DNA from: a bacterium
GTDB lineage: Bacteria; UBA10199; 2-02-FULL-50-16; JAJFLM01
Assembly (NCBI GenBank): GCA_965216315.1
Contig: CBDCFN010000016.1
Location: 2,048,001-2,112,000, forward strand
Direction of reading: 5' to 3'
Length of the DNA: 64,000 nt
The notes beneath the pieces are model-generated. The model searched no databases. It saw only the letters and a program-made list of their open reading frames with translations, and was not told the DNA's origin. The position numbers were made by a program, and so were the translations under genes. Positions 10,390 to 18,485 of this stretch are shown here, piece by piece; within the stretch, counting starts at the first letter, position 1, and the number at the start of each line of letters is the position of its first letter.

Positions 10390-11508
10390 GTGACCAAGCA
10401 AAACCGCTATGTGCTCATGAATCCGGGTTCGGTCAACACATCGGACCGAGTCAAAAAAGCACTCATCCAACATGATGTCTGCCACCGCGACTTGGCCTTT
10501 AGCCAAGCGATGGCGCGAGTCACGGAAAAACTCAAAATTGTCTTTGGCGCAACGCCTGACCACTCACTTCTCCTGATCACGGGTTCCGGGACAGCGGCTA
10601 CTGAGAGTGCCCTTTCATCCTGTGTCCCTACCGATAAAAAAGTCTTAATCATCGACAACGGAGCCTTCGGAGCGCGCATTACGGAAATCGCGAAGCTTCA
10701 TAAGATGCCCGCTGTCATAATTCGGTATGATTTCGGCAACACCGTCAAAGTGAAGGACGTACAAACCGCGCTTGAATCCGATCCCGAAATTGCGGTCGTC
10801 GCCATGGTACACCACGAGACTTCCGTCGGAATCCTCAATCCTGTTCACGAAATCGGCAAGCTCTGTCGCCAACACGAGTGTCTCTTCCTCGTTGATGCCA
10901 TCTCTTCACTCGGTGCCGAGGAACTCAACGTCGTTCGCGATAATATCGATGTCTGCTGGTCGACACCTAACAAGTGCCTCCATGGTGTCGCGGGTATCGC
11001 ATTCGTTTGTGTGTCCCCACGCGTCTGGCCAAAAATTGAATCTATTGATGCACGCGCCTACTACCTCAATTTAAAGGGGTACCATCAATACTCCGAAGAT
11101 CTTGAGCAAACCCCGTTTACCCCAGCCATCGCCAATATTTTCGCACTGGATGCGGCCTGTGAAGAATATCTTGAAGACGGTATTTCCGCCCGGCAGACTA
11201 TGTATGCGGAACGCAACTTAAAGTTGCGTGCAGGCTTGAATCGCATTGGCATCAGCTTATTTACTGACAACGGTTTGGAATCCCACAGCATTGTTACGGC
11301 GCGTCTCCCCGAAGGCGTCTCATTCGATGCCCTCTACAATGGCCTCAGAAAACATGGTTTTGTAGTTTACGACTGCAAGCCGCCCCTACAAGGTAAGTAT
11401 TTTCAAGTTTCCAACATGGGCAATCTGTTTGATGCCAACCTTGACATCCTCCTTGATGCAATCGAAGGCATCATCAGCACGACCAAGAAGCAAGCCGCTT
11501 CAATGTAA
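10390..11508 (+). CDS. Class V PLP aminotransferase, 2-aminoethylphosphonate transaminase-like
   Basis: NPG...DVCHRD, GSGT, NGAFG, VHHETSVGILNP, VDAISSLG, PLP lysine in STPNKCLHG, TPFTP. Confidence 0.8.
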   Translation: MTKQNRYVLMNPGSVNTSDRVKKALIQHDVCHRDLAFSQAMARVTEKLKIVFGATPDHSLLLITGSGTAATESALSSCVPTDKKVLIIDNGAFGARITEIAKLHKMPAVIIRYDFGNTVKVKDVQTALESDPEIAVVAMVHHETSVGILNPVHEIGKLCRQHECLFLVDAISSLGAEELNVVRDNIDVCWSTPNKCLHGVAGIAFVCVSPRVWPKIESIDARAYYLNLKGYHQYSEDLEQTPFTPAIANIFALDAACEEYLEDGISARQTMYAERNLKLRAGLNRIGISLFTDNGLESHSIVTARLPEGVSFDALYNGLRKHGFVVYDCKPPLQGKYFQVSNMGNLFDANLDILLDAIEGIISTTKKQAASM

Positions 11509-11528
11509 TTATTAGAGGAGAATTCACC

Positions 11529-12293
11529 ATGAGATGGAACATCGGTTATTTCGGTGCGAAGGACCTATTCACGATTATCAACCTGCTCGGCGGTGTCTTC
11601 GGGATCTATCTGGCGCTCAAAGGCAAGCTTGAATATGCAGGTTACGCTATTTTTGCCGGATACGTCTTTGGTGATGTCCTCGATGGCCCGATCGCTCGTC
11701 TTACCAAGACGGCGAATCGTTTTGGGGGCAAATTCGATGCCGCGGCCGACCATCTCTCCCAGGCCATCGCACCCGCTATCATCGTTTATGCCGCCTTTGC
11801 GGCGGGCCAACACGAAACACTCGGTGTCGTCCTGATGGCCATCCTGATGATCACGGCGTCGATCCGACAGGCCAAACAGGACACGGACGCATTTAATTAC
11901 CCGCTGACTTATTGTGGTCTGCCGCGGACGATCAGCGGCTTGGTAGCAATCTCCTTGCCCAATGCCAATTATTTCTTTAAATCGGGCCTTATTAGCTTTG
12001 GTGTTGCCGCGGGAATTCTCATCCTCGTCGCGGTCCTCAACCTCGTTCCTATTCCTTACATGACGCACAAAGGACATCGGAAGATGCAAACTTACGTCAA
12101 GGTGTTAGTCGCTTCATTCCTGGGAGTCCCTTTTGTGCTCGCGGTCCTGGCGCCCTACTATATCTATGATTTTCTCTTCTTTATCACCTTTGGATACGCG
12201 CTGTTTGGATGGATCTCTCTGTATCGAGCGGAGTGGTCGGAGTATTGGGCGGAGTACAAGCGCTGGTCGCATCAAGTGGCTGTCTTGAAGTAA
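11529..12293 (+). CDS. CDP-alcohol phosphatidyltransferase (PssA-like)
   Basis: Signature DVLDGPIAR...FGGKFDAAAD; multi-TM; GAGGAG RBS. Confidence 0.9.
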   Translation: MRWNIGYFGAKDLFTIINLLGGVFGIYLALKGKLEYAGYAIFAGYVFGDVLDGPIARLTKTANRFGGKFDAAADHLSQAIAPAIIVYAAFAAGQHETLGVVLMAILMITASIRQAKQDTDAFNYPLTYCGLPRTISGLVAISLPNANYFFKSGLISFGVAAGILILVAVLNLVPIPYMTHKGHRKMQTYVKVLVASFLGVPFVLAVLAPYYIYDFLFFITFGYALFGWISLYRAEWSEYWAEYKRWSHQVAVLK

Positions 12294-13254
12294 GCATGGT
12301 CGCCAGGGATGAGCTAGCGAGGCTCACCAGGCTGGCCATCAGTTTGATAATGCGTAGCAGCACCTGAAAAATGGCACCGAGTCCGCCATCCAACCCTAAA
12401 ATCGCGAACAGCAAATAAGACGATCCTTCGGCGGTTCCCACCCGCGTCGGAAATAACGGCAGGATATAACTGACCAACTGAACCCCCGCAAAGACCAATA
12501 AGCAAAGCGCCAAGCCATAGCCCGACCCGAGCAGTTTCAACGCCATGATGAGCACGACGACGTCCGTCAGTCGCGCGAGCCCTTGCAACAATAGAATCGC
12601 GCGATACTGACGGGGGTTCTGCTTCCTGAATTCACCGGCTTGTTTTTCAACCGCGGCGGCACGATCGATAAAAGACTGCACCCGTTCCCGCTTAAAGAGA
12701 TGCCACCGCGAGACAAAACTCAGAATACGCCCGACCCATTGGCGTCGAATGATCAAATCAAGTGCAACGTAGAGAAGGATGCCGATGCATCCAAGGCCCA
12801 TCATCAACATTGCATCGAAGCGATGTGTGGGCAAGGCAACAACGGCGATACCCGCGGCGATGATGATAATGACCGCTTTCGAGAGGCGAAAGGCTAGATT
12901 CCAGACAATCGTCCCGGGAAAACCATGTCCCGAAGCATCTTTGCTTAGCAAAGTCGCTTTAAGAACTTCGCCGGTATCTCCCGCCACCAGACTATTCAAG
13001 ATCGAGCCGACTTGATTCACATAAAGCACGCGCCAAAAACCAATCTTGCCTAAAGTCGCGACCCGAAGCGCCCACGCATCCATCACCGCTTCGAACAAGG
13101 CAATGGCGGTCAGCAAGCAAAAGCCGGGCAAACCAAGATAAGCCAGGTGCCAGAGGATCTTGTCCCAACCGATCTCACTCAACAGCCAAATGAGACCGCC
13201 AGTCGCCAACACGAGGATAACAAGGGAACCGAGCTTCTTGGGTGCCTTTGACAT
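12184..13254 (-). CDS. Lysylphosphatidylglycerol-synthase TM / flippase-like membrane protein
   Basis: Multi-TM; GDTGEVLKA and FPTRVGTAEG match the family's GE and PxxxGxxE motifs; the 3' end overlaps the convergent gene by 110 nt. Confidence 0.75.
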   Translation of the reverse strand: MSKAPKKLGSLVILVLATGGLIWLLSEIGWDKILWHLAYLGLPGFCLLTAIALFEAVMDAWALRVATLGKIGFWRVLYVNQVGSILNSLVAGDTGEVLKATLLSKDASGHGFPGTIVWNLAFRLSKAVIIIIAAGIAVVALPTHRFDAMLMMGLGCIGILLYVALDLIIRRQWVGRILSFVSRWHLFKRERVQSFIDRAAAVEKQAGEFRKQNPRQYRAILLLQGLARLTDVVVLIMALKLLGSGYGLALCLLVFAGVQLVSYILPLFPTRVGTAEGSSYLLFAILGLDGGLGAIFQVLLRIIKLMASLVSLASSSLATMLTSRQPLDATSACTPPNTPTTPLDTERSIQTARIQR

Positions 13255-13452
13255 GATGCGTCGTTAATAGGCCAGATGCGGTCCGTTTATCAAGAGACAA
13301 AGTCGCTTCTATTTAGTTCAATAATTTCAACCACGATAAAAAAATTTTCAATAATTTTGCTCAAGCGCTTTTTTTTTCGCTTCCAGACGGTTACAATTCT
13401 CTTATTGAATTTACGAATCTGGCGACGGCTGCTGTTAATCTGGAGGTGGGAG

Positions 13453-15324
13453 ATGAATCGGACGCACAGGGGAACGCACGGTTCCTTCTTTTATAATATC
13501 CTGTTAATCACGATTATTTTTCTAGGGGCCTTTGCCTGTAGTGGCGGCGGAGGTGTTCCCACCGACCCGCGCAACCTGCCCGAGTTGGTTATTGTTGACG
13601 GAAAGCCGGTCAACTGTACCTGCGATGCGGAGTGTCACGCCATTGACCCCAATAGTTTTTGTAATCCCGCAATAGGCGATGGCGAGACCGGATTCTGCAT
13701 GAAAAATCAGTGTACGCTTGATGGCGACTGTGACCAGGCCGGCGGCGAGACGTGCGTTCACAACGATTGTGTTAAATCGGAGTGTAAAAGCGATGCTGAA
13801 TGTCAGCTCGGCAATGGCAACAGCCCGCGTGTTTGCACGATCTTTGAAGTGTGCCGCCGTAGCCAGACCCTCATTGACCAGAGCAGTTGCGAAGGGTCCA
13901 CTTGTGGCGACGGCAATGTCGATGACAATGAAGAGTGTGATAATGGGCAAGCCAATAGTGATAACACCCCGGACGCCTGTCGCAGCGACTGCACCCTGCC
14001 CTCCTGCGGTGACAGTGTGGTCGATCCCAGCAATAGCGAAGACTGTGAGGCCTCGACCGATTGCCCGGCCGGATTTGAATGTGACGCCTGTCAATGCGTG
14101 GAAGATGACGATTTGGACGATGACGGGGTCTTGAACGGCGTCGACAATTGCCCGAACAATTTTAATCCCGGACAAGAGGACTTTGATGGCACCGGCGGCG
14201 GCGATGCCTGCGATACGGACGATGACAATGACGGCCTGTCGGACGATGCGGAACCGGGCTGTCCCGCGGGCTCCGATCCCTTCGATATCGACAGCGACGA
14301 TGACGGCTTGAACGACGTGGAAGAAGGGCCCGCCGGAACCGATCCCTGTAATCCCGACAGCGATGGCGACGGGCTCAATGATAAAGCGGATCCTTTTCCG
14401 ACGGATCCTGACCTGCCAGGCGAAGATGATATAGACGGCGATGGTCACGCCGATGCGGATGATAACTGCCCGACCGTCCCGAACCCCTTACAGGAGAACA
14501 GCGATACGGATGACCACGGTGACGTCTGCGACAATTGCGTGGACGTCGATAACAATACCCAGACGGATGTCGATGGCGACGGGGCGGGCGATGCCTGCGA
14601 CAATTGCCGCTTCGTAATGAATAACGAGGACATCGATACGACGGAACCACCGGACGGCATCATCGACATCGAGGCTCAAGCGGATGGTGACGGGGATGGC
14701 GTCGGCGACGCCTGCGACAATTGCCCGGAGGCTGCCAATCCCGATCAATTTGACCGCAACCAGGATGGCGAGGGCGATGCCTGCGACGATACCGACGGCG
14801 ACGGCTCTTTGGATGATGTCGACAACTGTCCCTTCCACGCCAATCCGGATCAAACCGATAGCGATGGGGACGGCACGGGCGATGCCTGCGACCCGGACTT
14901 CTTCGATAACGACGGGGACGGCATTCCCAATGGAGAAGACAACTGCCCCAACGTCTACAATCCGGAATTAAATCAGGGTGGCGAGCAGTTTGACGGTGAT
15001 CATGATGGCGTTGGCGATGCCTGTGACAATTGTCCGGGACATCCGAATGCAGATCAGGCGGACAGCGATGGCGACGGCATCGGTGATATCTGTGACACGG
15101 ATGCAGAACCGATCTGCGTCAACGAGACAGCTTGCACCTCGGATAACGACTGTCCCAGCTTTGACAAGGTTTGCTCTTTCACTCTGGGTGTCTGCGTCCT
15201 GAGAGCTCAGGCCGATTGTCGTCAGTTCGATCCGTTTTTTTGTATCGCCTACTGCTTATCCACGTGCCCCGGTGAAGCTTTCTGTGAGGCCCTGACGTGT
15301 AATCCGGATGGCATTTGTCGCTAG
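13453..15324 (+). CDS. Cys/Asp-rich lipoprotein with a myxobacterial Cys-rich repeat and many thrombospondin type 3 repeats
   Basis: GGAGG RBS; AFAC lipobox; CGDGNVDDNEECDNG...CRSDC; repeated DNCP..NPDQ.D.DGDG.GDACD. Confidence 0.9.
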   Translation: MNRTHRGTHGSFFYNILLITIIFLGAFACSGGGGVPTDPRNLPELVIVDGKPVNCTCDAECHAIDPNSFCNPAIGDGETGFCMKNQCTLDGDCDQAGGETCVHNDCVKSECKSDAECQLGNGNSPRVCTIFEVCRRSQTLIDQSSCEGSTCGDGNVDDNEECDNGQANSDNTPDACRSDCTLPSCGDSVVDPSNSEDCEASTDCPAGFECDACQCVEDDDLDDDGVLNGVDNCPNNFNPGQEDFDGTGGGDACDTDDDNDGLSDDAEPGCPAGSDPFDIDSDDDGLNDVEEGPAGTDPCNPDSDGDGLNDKADPFPTDPDLPGEDDIDGDGHADADDNCPTVPNPLQENSDTDDHGDVCDNCVDVDNNTQTDVDGDGAGDACDNCRFVMNNEDIDTTEPPDGIIDIEAQADGDGDGVGDACDNCPEAANPDQFDRNQDGEGDACDDTDGDGSLDDVDNCPFHANPDQTDSDGDGTGDACDPDFFDNDGDGIPNGEDNCPNVYNPELNQGGEQFDGDHDGVGDACDNCPGHPNADQADSDGDGIGDICDTDAEPICVNETACTSDNDCPSFDKVCSFTLGVCVLRAQADCRQFDPFFCIAYCLSTCPGEAFCEALTCNPDGICR

Positions 15325-15912
15325 GGAGTAGGCGACGCGCTGACGCCTACTCCTCATCGAAGGGATCAATGACGACGTCGATCTCCCAGGTAGATCTAAT
15401 GCGCTGTTTTTTTTCTCCGCCTTAAGCATGTTTAATATCCCATTAAGAAATTGGGTTAACCCCGCTATTTCTTCGTCATGCTGGCCCAGCTTCTCCCATA
15501 TCTGATTTAATAATTGCCGCAGCTCTTGGTCTTCATCCCGAAGCGCAATAAACGCTCGAATAATAAGGACACTCGTTTGGCTGGCCACAGAGCTACGAAG
15601 CACATTGGCCACCATCAACGCGCCATGCTCGGTAAAGGCGTATGTGGTCTTGCGGCGACCGCCTCTGCCATCTTTTGATATCACAGTTTGTGATATCAAA
15701 GCCCTAACTTCTGGTATTTCCAAGGAAAATACGAAATCTGGCGGAAATTTATCGCTGTTCCTTTTTACGGCCTGATTGAGAGTTCTGGTATCAACCCCGT
15801 AAAATCTGGCCAGGTCCTTATCTAGGATGACCTTCTGACCGCGTATCTCATGGATACGAGTCCGGATATCCTCCACCTTTGTGAGTGCCTGGTCTTTTCT
15901 CGCTATTTTCAT
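15256..15912 (-). CDS. ORF6N (KilA-N-like) DNA-binding domain protein
   Basis: IRGQKVILDKDLARFYGV...LNQAVKRN..FP.DFVF and GGRRK..YAFTEHGALM; GAGGAA RBS; true 3' end uncertain (see findings). Confidence 0.88.
   Translation of the reverse strand: MKIARKDQALTKVEDIRTRIHEIRGQKVILDKDLARFYGVDTRTLNQAVKRNSDKFPPDFVFSLEIPEVRALISQTVISKDGRGGRRKTTYAFTEHGALMVANVLRSSVASQTSVLIIRAFIALRDEDQELRQLLNQIWEKLGQHDEEIAGLTQFLNGILNMLKAEKKNSALDLPGRSTSSLIPSMRSRRQRVAYSLATNAIRITRQGLTESFTGARG
15325..15353. terminator. Stem-loop between convergent genes
   Basis: GGAGTAGGCG-N9-CGCCTACTCC, perfect 10-bp stem. Confidence 0.6.
15347..15379 (-). repeat. Displaced copy of the 3' end of the CAP-domain gene
   Basis: 28/33 nt identical to 16053-16085; encodes DVVIDPFDEE* versus DVVIDPFEAE*. 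Confidence 0.8.
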
Positions 15913-15947
15913 TAGTTCCTCATGGGTTTTGCTATTGCACTCTTCCA

Positions 15948-15963
15948 AGCAAATCCCATGCCA
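15948..15963 (-). promoter_or_regulatory. sigma54 -24/-12 promoter for the ORF6N gene
   Basis: TGGCATGGGATTTGCT (GG-N10-GC); exact IHF consensus AATCAAAGGGTTA at 15980-15992. Confidence 0.65.
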
Positions 15964-16052
15964 CAACACAGTCACGTCAAATCAAAGGGTTAACTCAACG
16001 CCACTGCAATGAAGGTTTCAATTTGGAACGCACACGTTCTATTTCGCCACCT

Positions 16053-16682
16053 TTACTCCGCTTCAAAAGGATCAATGACGACGTCCAACGAATCATCGCA
16101 AAAGATCAGACCCGAATACGTTCCGGAACGCCCTTCGAAATCACTGCCTTCAGGGCCGGTTCCCGCCAAGACAACCACACCGACATGAGTCGTTGGACCT
16201 AAATTAAAGATCCCCTCTTCGATGTAGGCTGCATGATGCGCCGGACTATTGAAGTAGGCATTGTAATGATCTTCAGCGGTACCGTTGCCCCACCAGGCCG
16301 TGATTTCCGAACAGCGGATGTCATCGCGATCCCCGTAATAACGGGCCCGATCTTCGGCATCGCGGCCGTTCACATCGATGTGACCGATATGGTGATCCAA
16401 TACCATGTCCGTGCCGTACCAAAGCATGACCAGGTCCAGACCCTCGTCGCGGACCAGTTCCGGCAGACCCAGATCGGCTCGCTCGTCGTTAATCAACGCG
16501 AGGAGCTCGTTCTCTACGGCCGTCATCGCCGCACTCTCAGCCTCATCCGGACTGCTGATCTCACCCGACGTAGAGCTCCCAGTACTGTTGCCATTACCAC
16601 TTTGTCCTCCCAGGCACCCACTCAATAAGGCCACCAAGGCCATCACGCCGATAACTTCCTTGATAGAATGTATTGTTTTCAT
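16053..16682 (-). CDS. CAP/SCP domain lipoprotein
   Basis: LSGC lipobox; LINDERADLGLPEL, NSPAHHA, THVGV; AGGAG RBS. Confidence 0.85.
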   Translation of the reverse strand: MKTIHSIKEVIGVMALVALLSGCLGGQSGNGNSTGSSTSGEISSPDEAESAAMTAVENELLALINDERADLGLPELVRDEGLDLVMLWYGTDMVLDHHIGHIDVNGRDAEDRARYYGDRDDIRCSEITAWWGNGTAEDHYNAYFNSPAHHAAYIEEGIFNLGPTTHVGVVVLAGTGPEGSDFEGRSGTYSGLIFCDDSLDVVIDPFEAE

Positions 16683-16711
16683 CTCGTTTCTCCTTCTTAA
16701 GGGGATCTCAT

Positions 16712-16727
16712 TGCAGGACACGTGCCA
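16712..16727 (-). promoter_or_regulatory. sigma54 -24/-12 promoter for the CAP gene
   Basis: TGGCACGTGTCCTGCA, near consensus, about 30 nt above the ATG. Confidence 0.75.
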
Positions 16728-16942
16728 ACACGGGGAAGTAACTATAACATACTGATATAACTAATATATTTTCTTATTCCCTGCAACAACATCTCATTTA
16801 TTCTATATTTTGAATAAAAATATCCTCGCTAGAGACTGCTCTTTAAGAAGAACAATAAATAAACCATCCATTTTTTAGAACAATATAAGCTAATTTTAAA
16901 TTTAATTAGTAATTTCAAATAGTTATTTATTTATCGTTCACT

Positions 16943-16958
16943 TGGCATGCATCCTGCA
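16943..16958 (+). promoter_or_regulatory. sigma54 -24/-12 promoter for the Ig-like lipoprotein operon
   Basis: TGGCATGCATCCTGCA; IHF-like TTTCAAATAGTTA at 16913-16925 within an AT-rich spacer. Confidence 0.7.
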
Positions 16959-16998
16959 ATATCTCCAAGCAGAACACAATACTGCAAAGGGGCATGAG

Positions 16999-18468
16999 AT
17001 GAACAAGAACTTAAAAAACCTTTTAGTCGTCGCAGGACTGGGACTCACACTTCTTAATGCCTGCAACAAGGCCACGAACCCGGCGGCCACCACGAACGGT
17101 TCAGCTAACAACGGCTCATCGAACAGCTCCGGCAACAACCCAGGAGGAAATTCCGGGACCAACCAGGGAGGTGGGCTCTCCGCTATTGCTCTCATCTCAA
17201 TAAGCACAGTATCCACCTCCCTGGTACCTGGAAAAAAACTTCAGCTTGTTGCTGTTGCCAAAGACGCCGCCGGCAATATCATCGCTTCGGCAACCATCAC
17301 CTTTAAAGGCAACAACACACACATCGCCGAGGTCTCATCCAACGGACTCGTCGAAGCGCGCTATCCCGGCCAAGTATCTATTACGGCCGAGGCCAACGGG
17401 GTCACGAGTGCACCCTTTGATCTGACGGTTAACAGCCACGCGAATAATCTCGACGTCATCCAGTTAACCGATAACAACGTCGAAGATCATTGGGGCGCCA
17501 ATAATGATTTCAAAACAATTTCCAGAGACCGCGTTCTCTGGCTGCAGCACGACAATAACGGCATGCCGGATGCGGTTCTCATCAGCGACACGGCCGGCAA
17601 CGTGGAATTGGACCATGATGTCGCCGGCCTCGATGACGTCGACTTCTTAGGCCTCGGCAGCGGCGCCGGCAGTGGTGATGTCATGGCGACCTGGCGCGAG
17701 CAATTGCAAGACACCTATGTCAGCAATGGCGCCGGCGGCACAACGAATAATCTGGGCGCCCAAAACGCCGAAGAAAACGGCATTGCCGACGGCTGCCTGG
17801 TCTATCGCGACTCCAGCATCGGTGGCACTGATGATAACGACATCGCTCAATACAGTTTTAATAATGGACTCGCGATCATCAGCCAAAAAGGCCCTGAAGA
17901 CAGTGATCCCATCACCAGTGAGTGCGAGACCGTGTGGGTCCGTGATGGTGCATTGGTCTATTTTGACGGCGCCAGTGAAACCGTCATCAGCAACGGTCCT
18001 TTCTTTGGGCACACCCAGTTTGATTTTCGTCATGGTCGCATCGTCTATGCCTTAAACGGAGACATTTTCTTAGTCGATACGACCACGATTCCATTTACGA
18101 ATACCCAGATCACTAACGATGGAGCCGGTAACGGCTTCCCACGTACGGATGGTCATTCAATCGTCTGGATCAAAGATAATATCCATATCAACCTTTATAA
18201 CATTACAGCTGCCAGCACGCGTCTCATCTCGACGACAACCGCCATCAAACTGGTTTCATCCCTGCATATCGATGGCAAACAAGTGATCTGGCAGGACGGC
18301 AATGGAGACCTTTTCTTCAACAACGGTAACGGCACACCTGCCGGTACCAGTGAAATCGACCCGTCACCCGCAACCAATGTCCAAGTACCTTATATCTCGG
18401 ACGGTGTGGTGACGTGGTTTGGTAACACGGGGGTTAACACGGACACGGAGATCTTTATTCTCCAATAG
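16999..18468 (+). CDS. Lipoprotein with Big_2-type Ig-like domain and probable beta-propeller
   Basis: LNAC lipobox, Asn/Gly linker, IAEVSSNGLVEA..PGQVSITA, repeated DG..(V/I)W blades. Confidence 0.75.
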   Translation: MNKNLKNLLVVAGLGLTLLNACNKATNPAATTNGSANNGSSNSSGNNPGGNSGTNQGGGLSAIALISISTVSTSLVPGKKLQLVAVAKDAAGNIIASATITFKGNNTHIAEVSSNGLVEARYPGQVSITAEANGVTSAPFDLTVNSHANNLDVIQLTDNNVEDHWGANNDFKTISRDRVLWLQHDNNGMPDAVLISDTAGNVELDHDVAGLDDVDFLGLGSGAGSGDVMATWREQLQDTYVSNGAGGTTNNLGAQNAEENGIADGCLVYRDSSIGGTDDNDIAQYSFNNGLAIISQKGPEDSDPITSECETVWVRDGALVYFDGASETVISNGPFFGHTQFDFRHGRIVYALNGDIFLVDTTTIPFTNTQITNDGAGNGFPRTDGHSIVWIKDNIHINLYNITAASTRLISTTTAIKLVSSLHIDGKQVIWQDGNGDLFFNNGNGTPAGTSEIDPSPATNVQVPYISDGVVTWFGNTGVNTDTEIFILQ

Positions 18469-18485
18469 AGCGAGAGGTAATCAAA

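Noticed and set aside
12184..12293. 110-nt convergent overlap as a regulatory feature
   Set aside because: The tail looks like non-conserved run-on after the last TM helix; other short convergent overlaps occur in the window.
13317..13357. TTCAATAATTT direct repeat upstream of the TSP3 gene
   Set aside because: Only two AT-rich copies; could be IHF-like, but no sigma54 motif was found to anchor it.
13522..14448. 308-aa antisense ORF (and similar long antisense ORFs at 44567-45304 and 57515-58108)
   Set aside because: Shadow frames of well-supported genes; no RBS or recognisable motifs.
13900..15110. Recurrent GGCGATGCCTGCGAC / GACAATTGC nucleotide repeats as a possible CRISPR array or DNA repeat
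   Set aside because: They are codons for the GDACD/DNC TSP3 protein repeats, with irregular spacing and synonymous variation; no cas genes.
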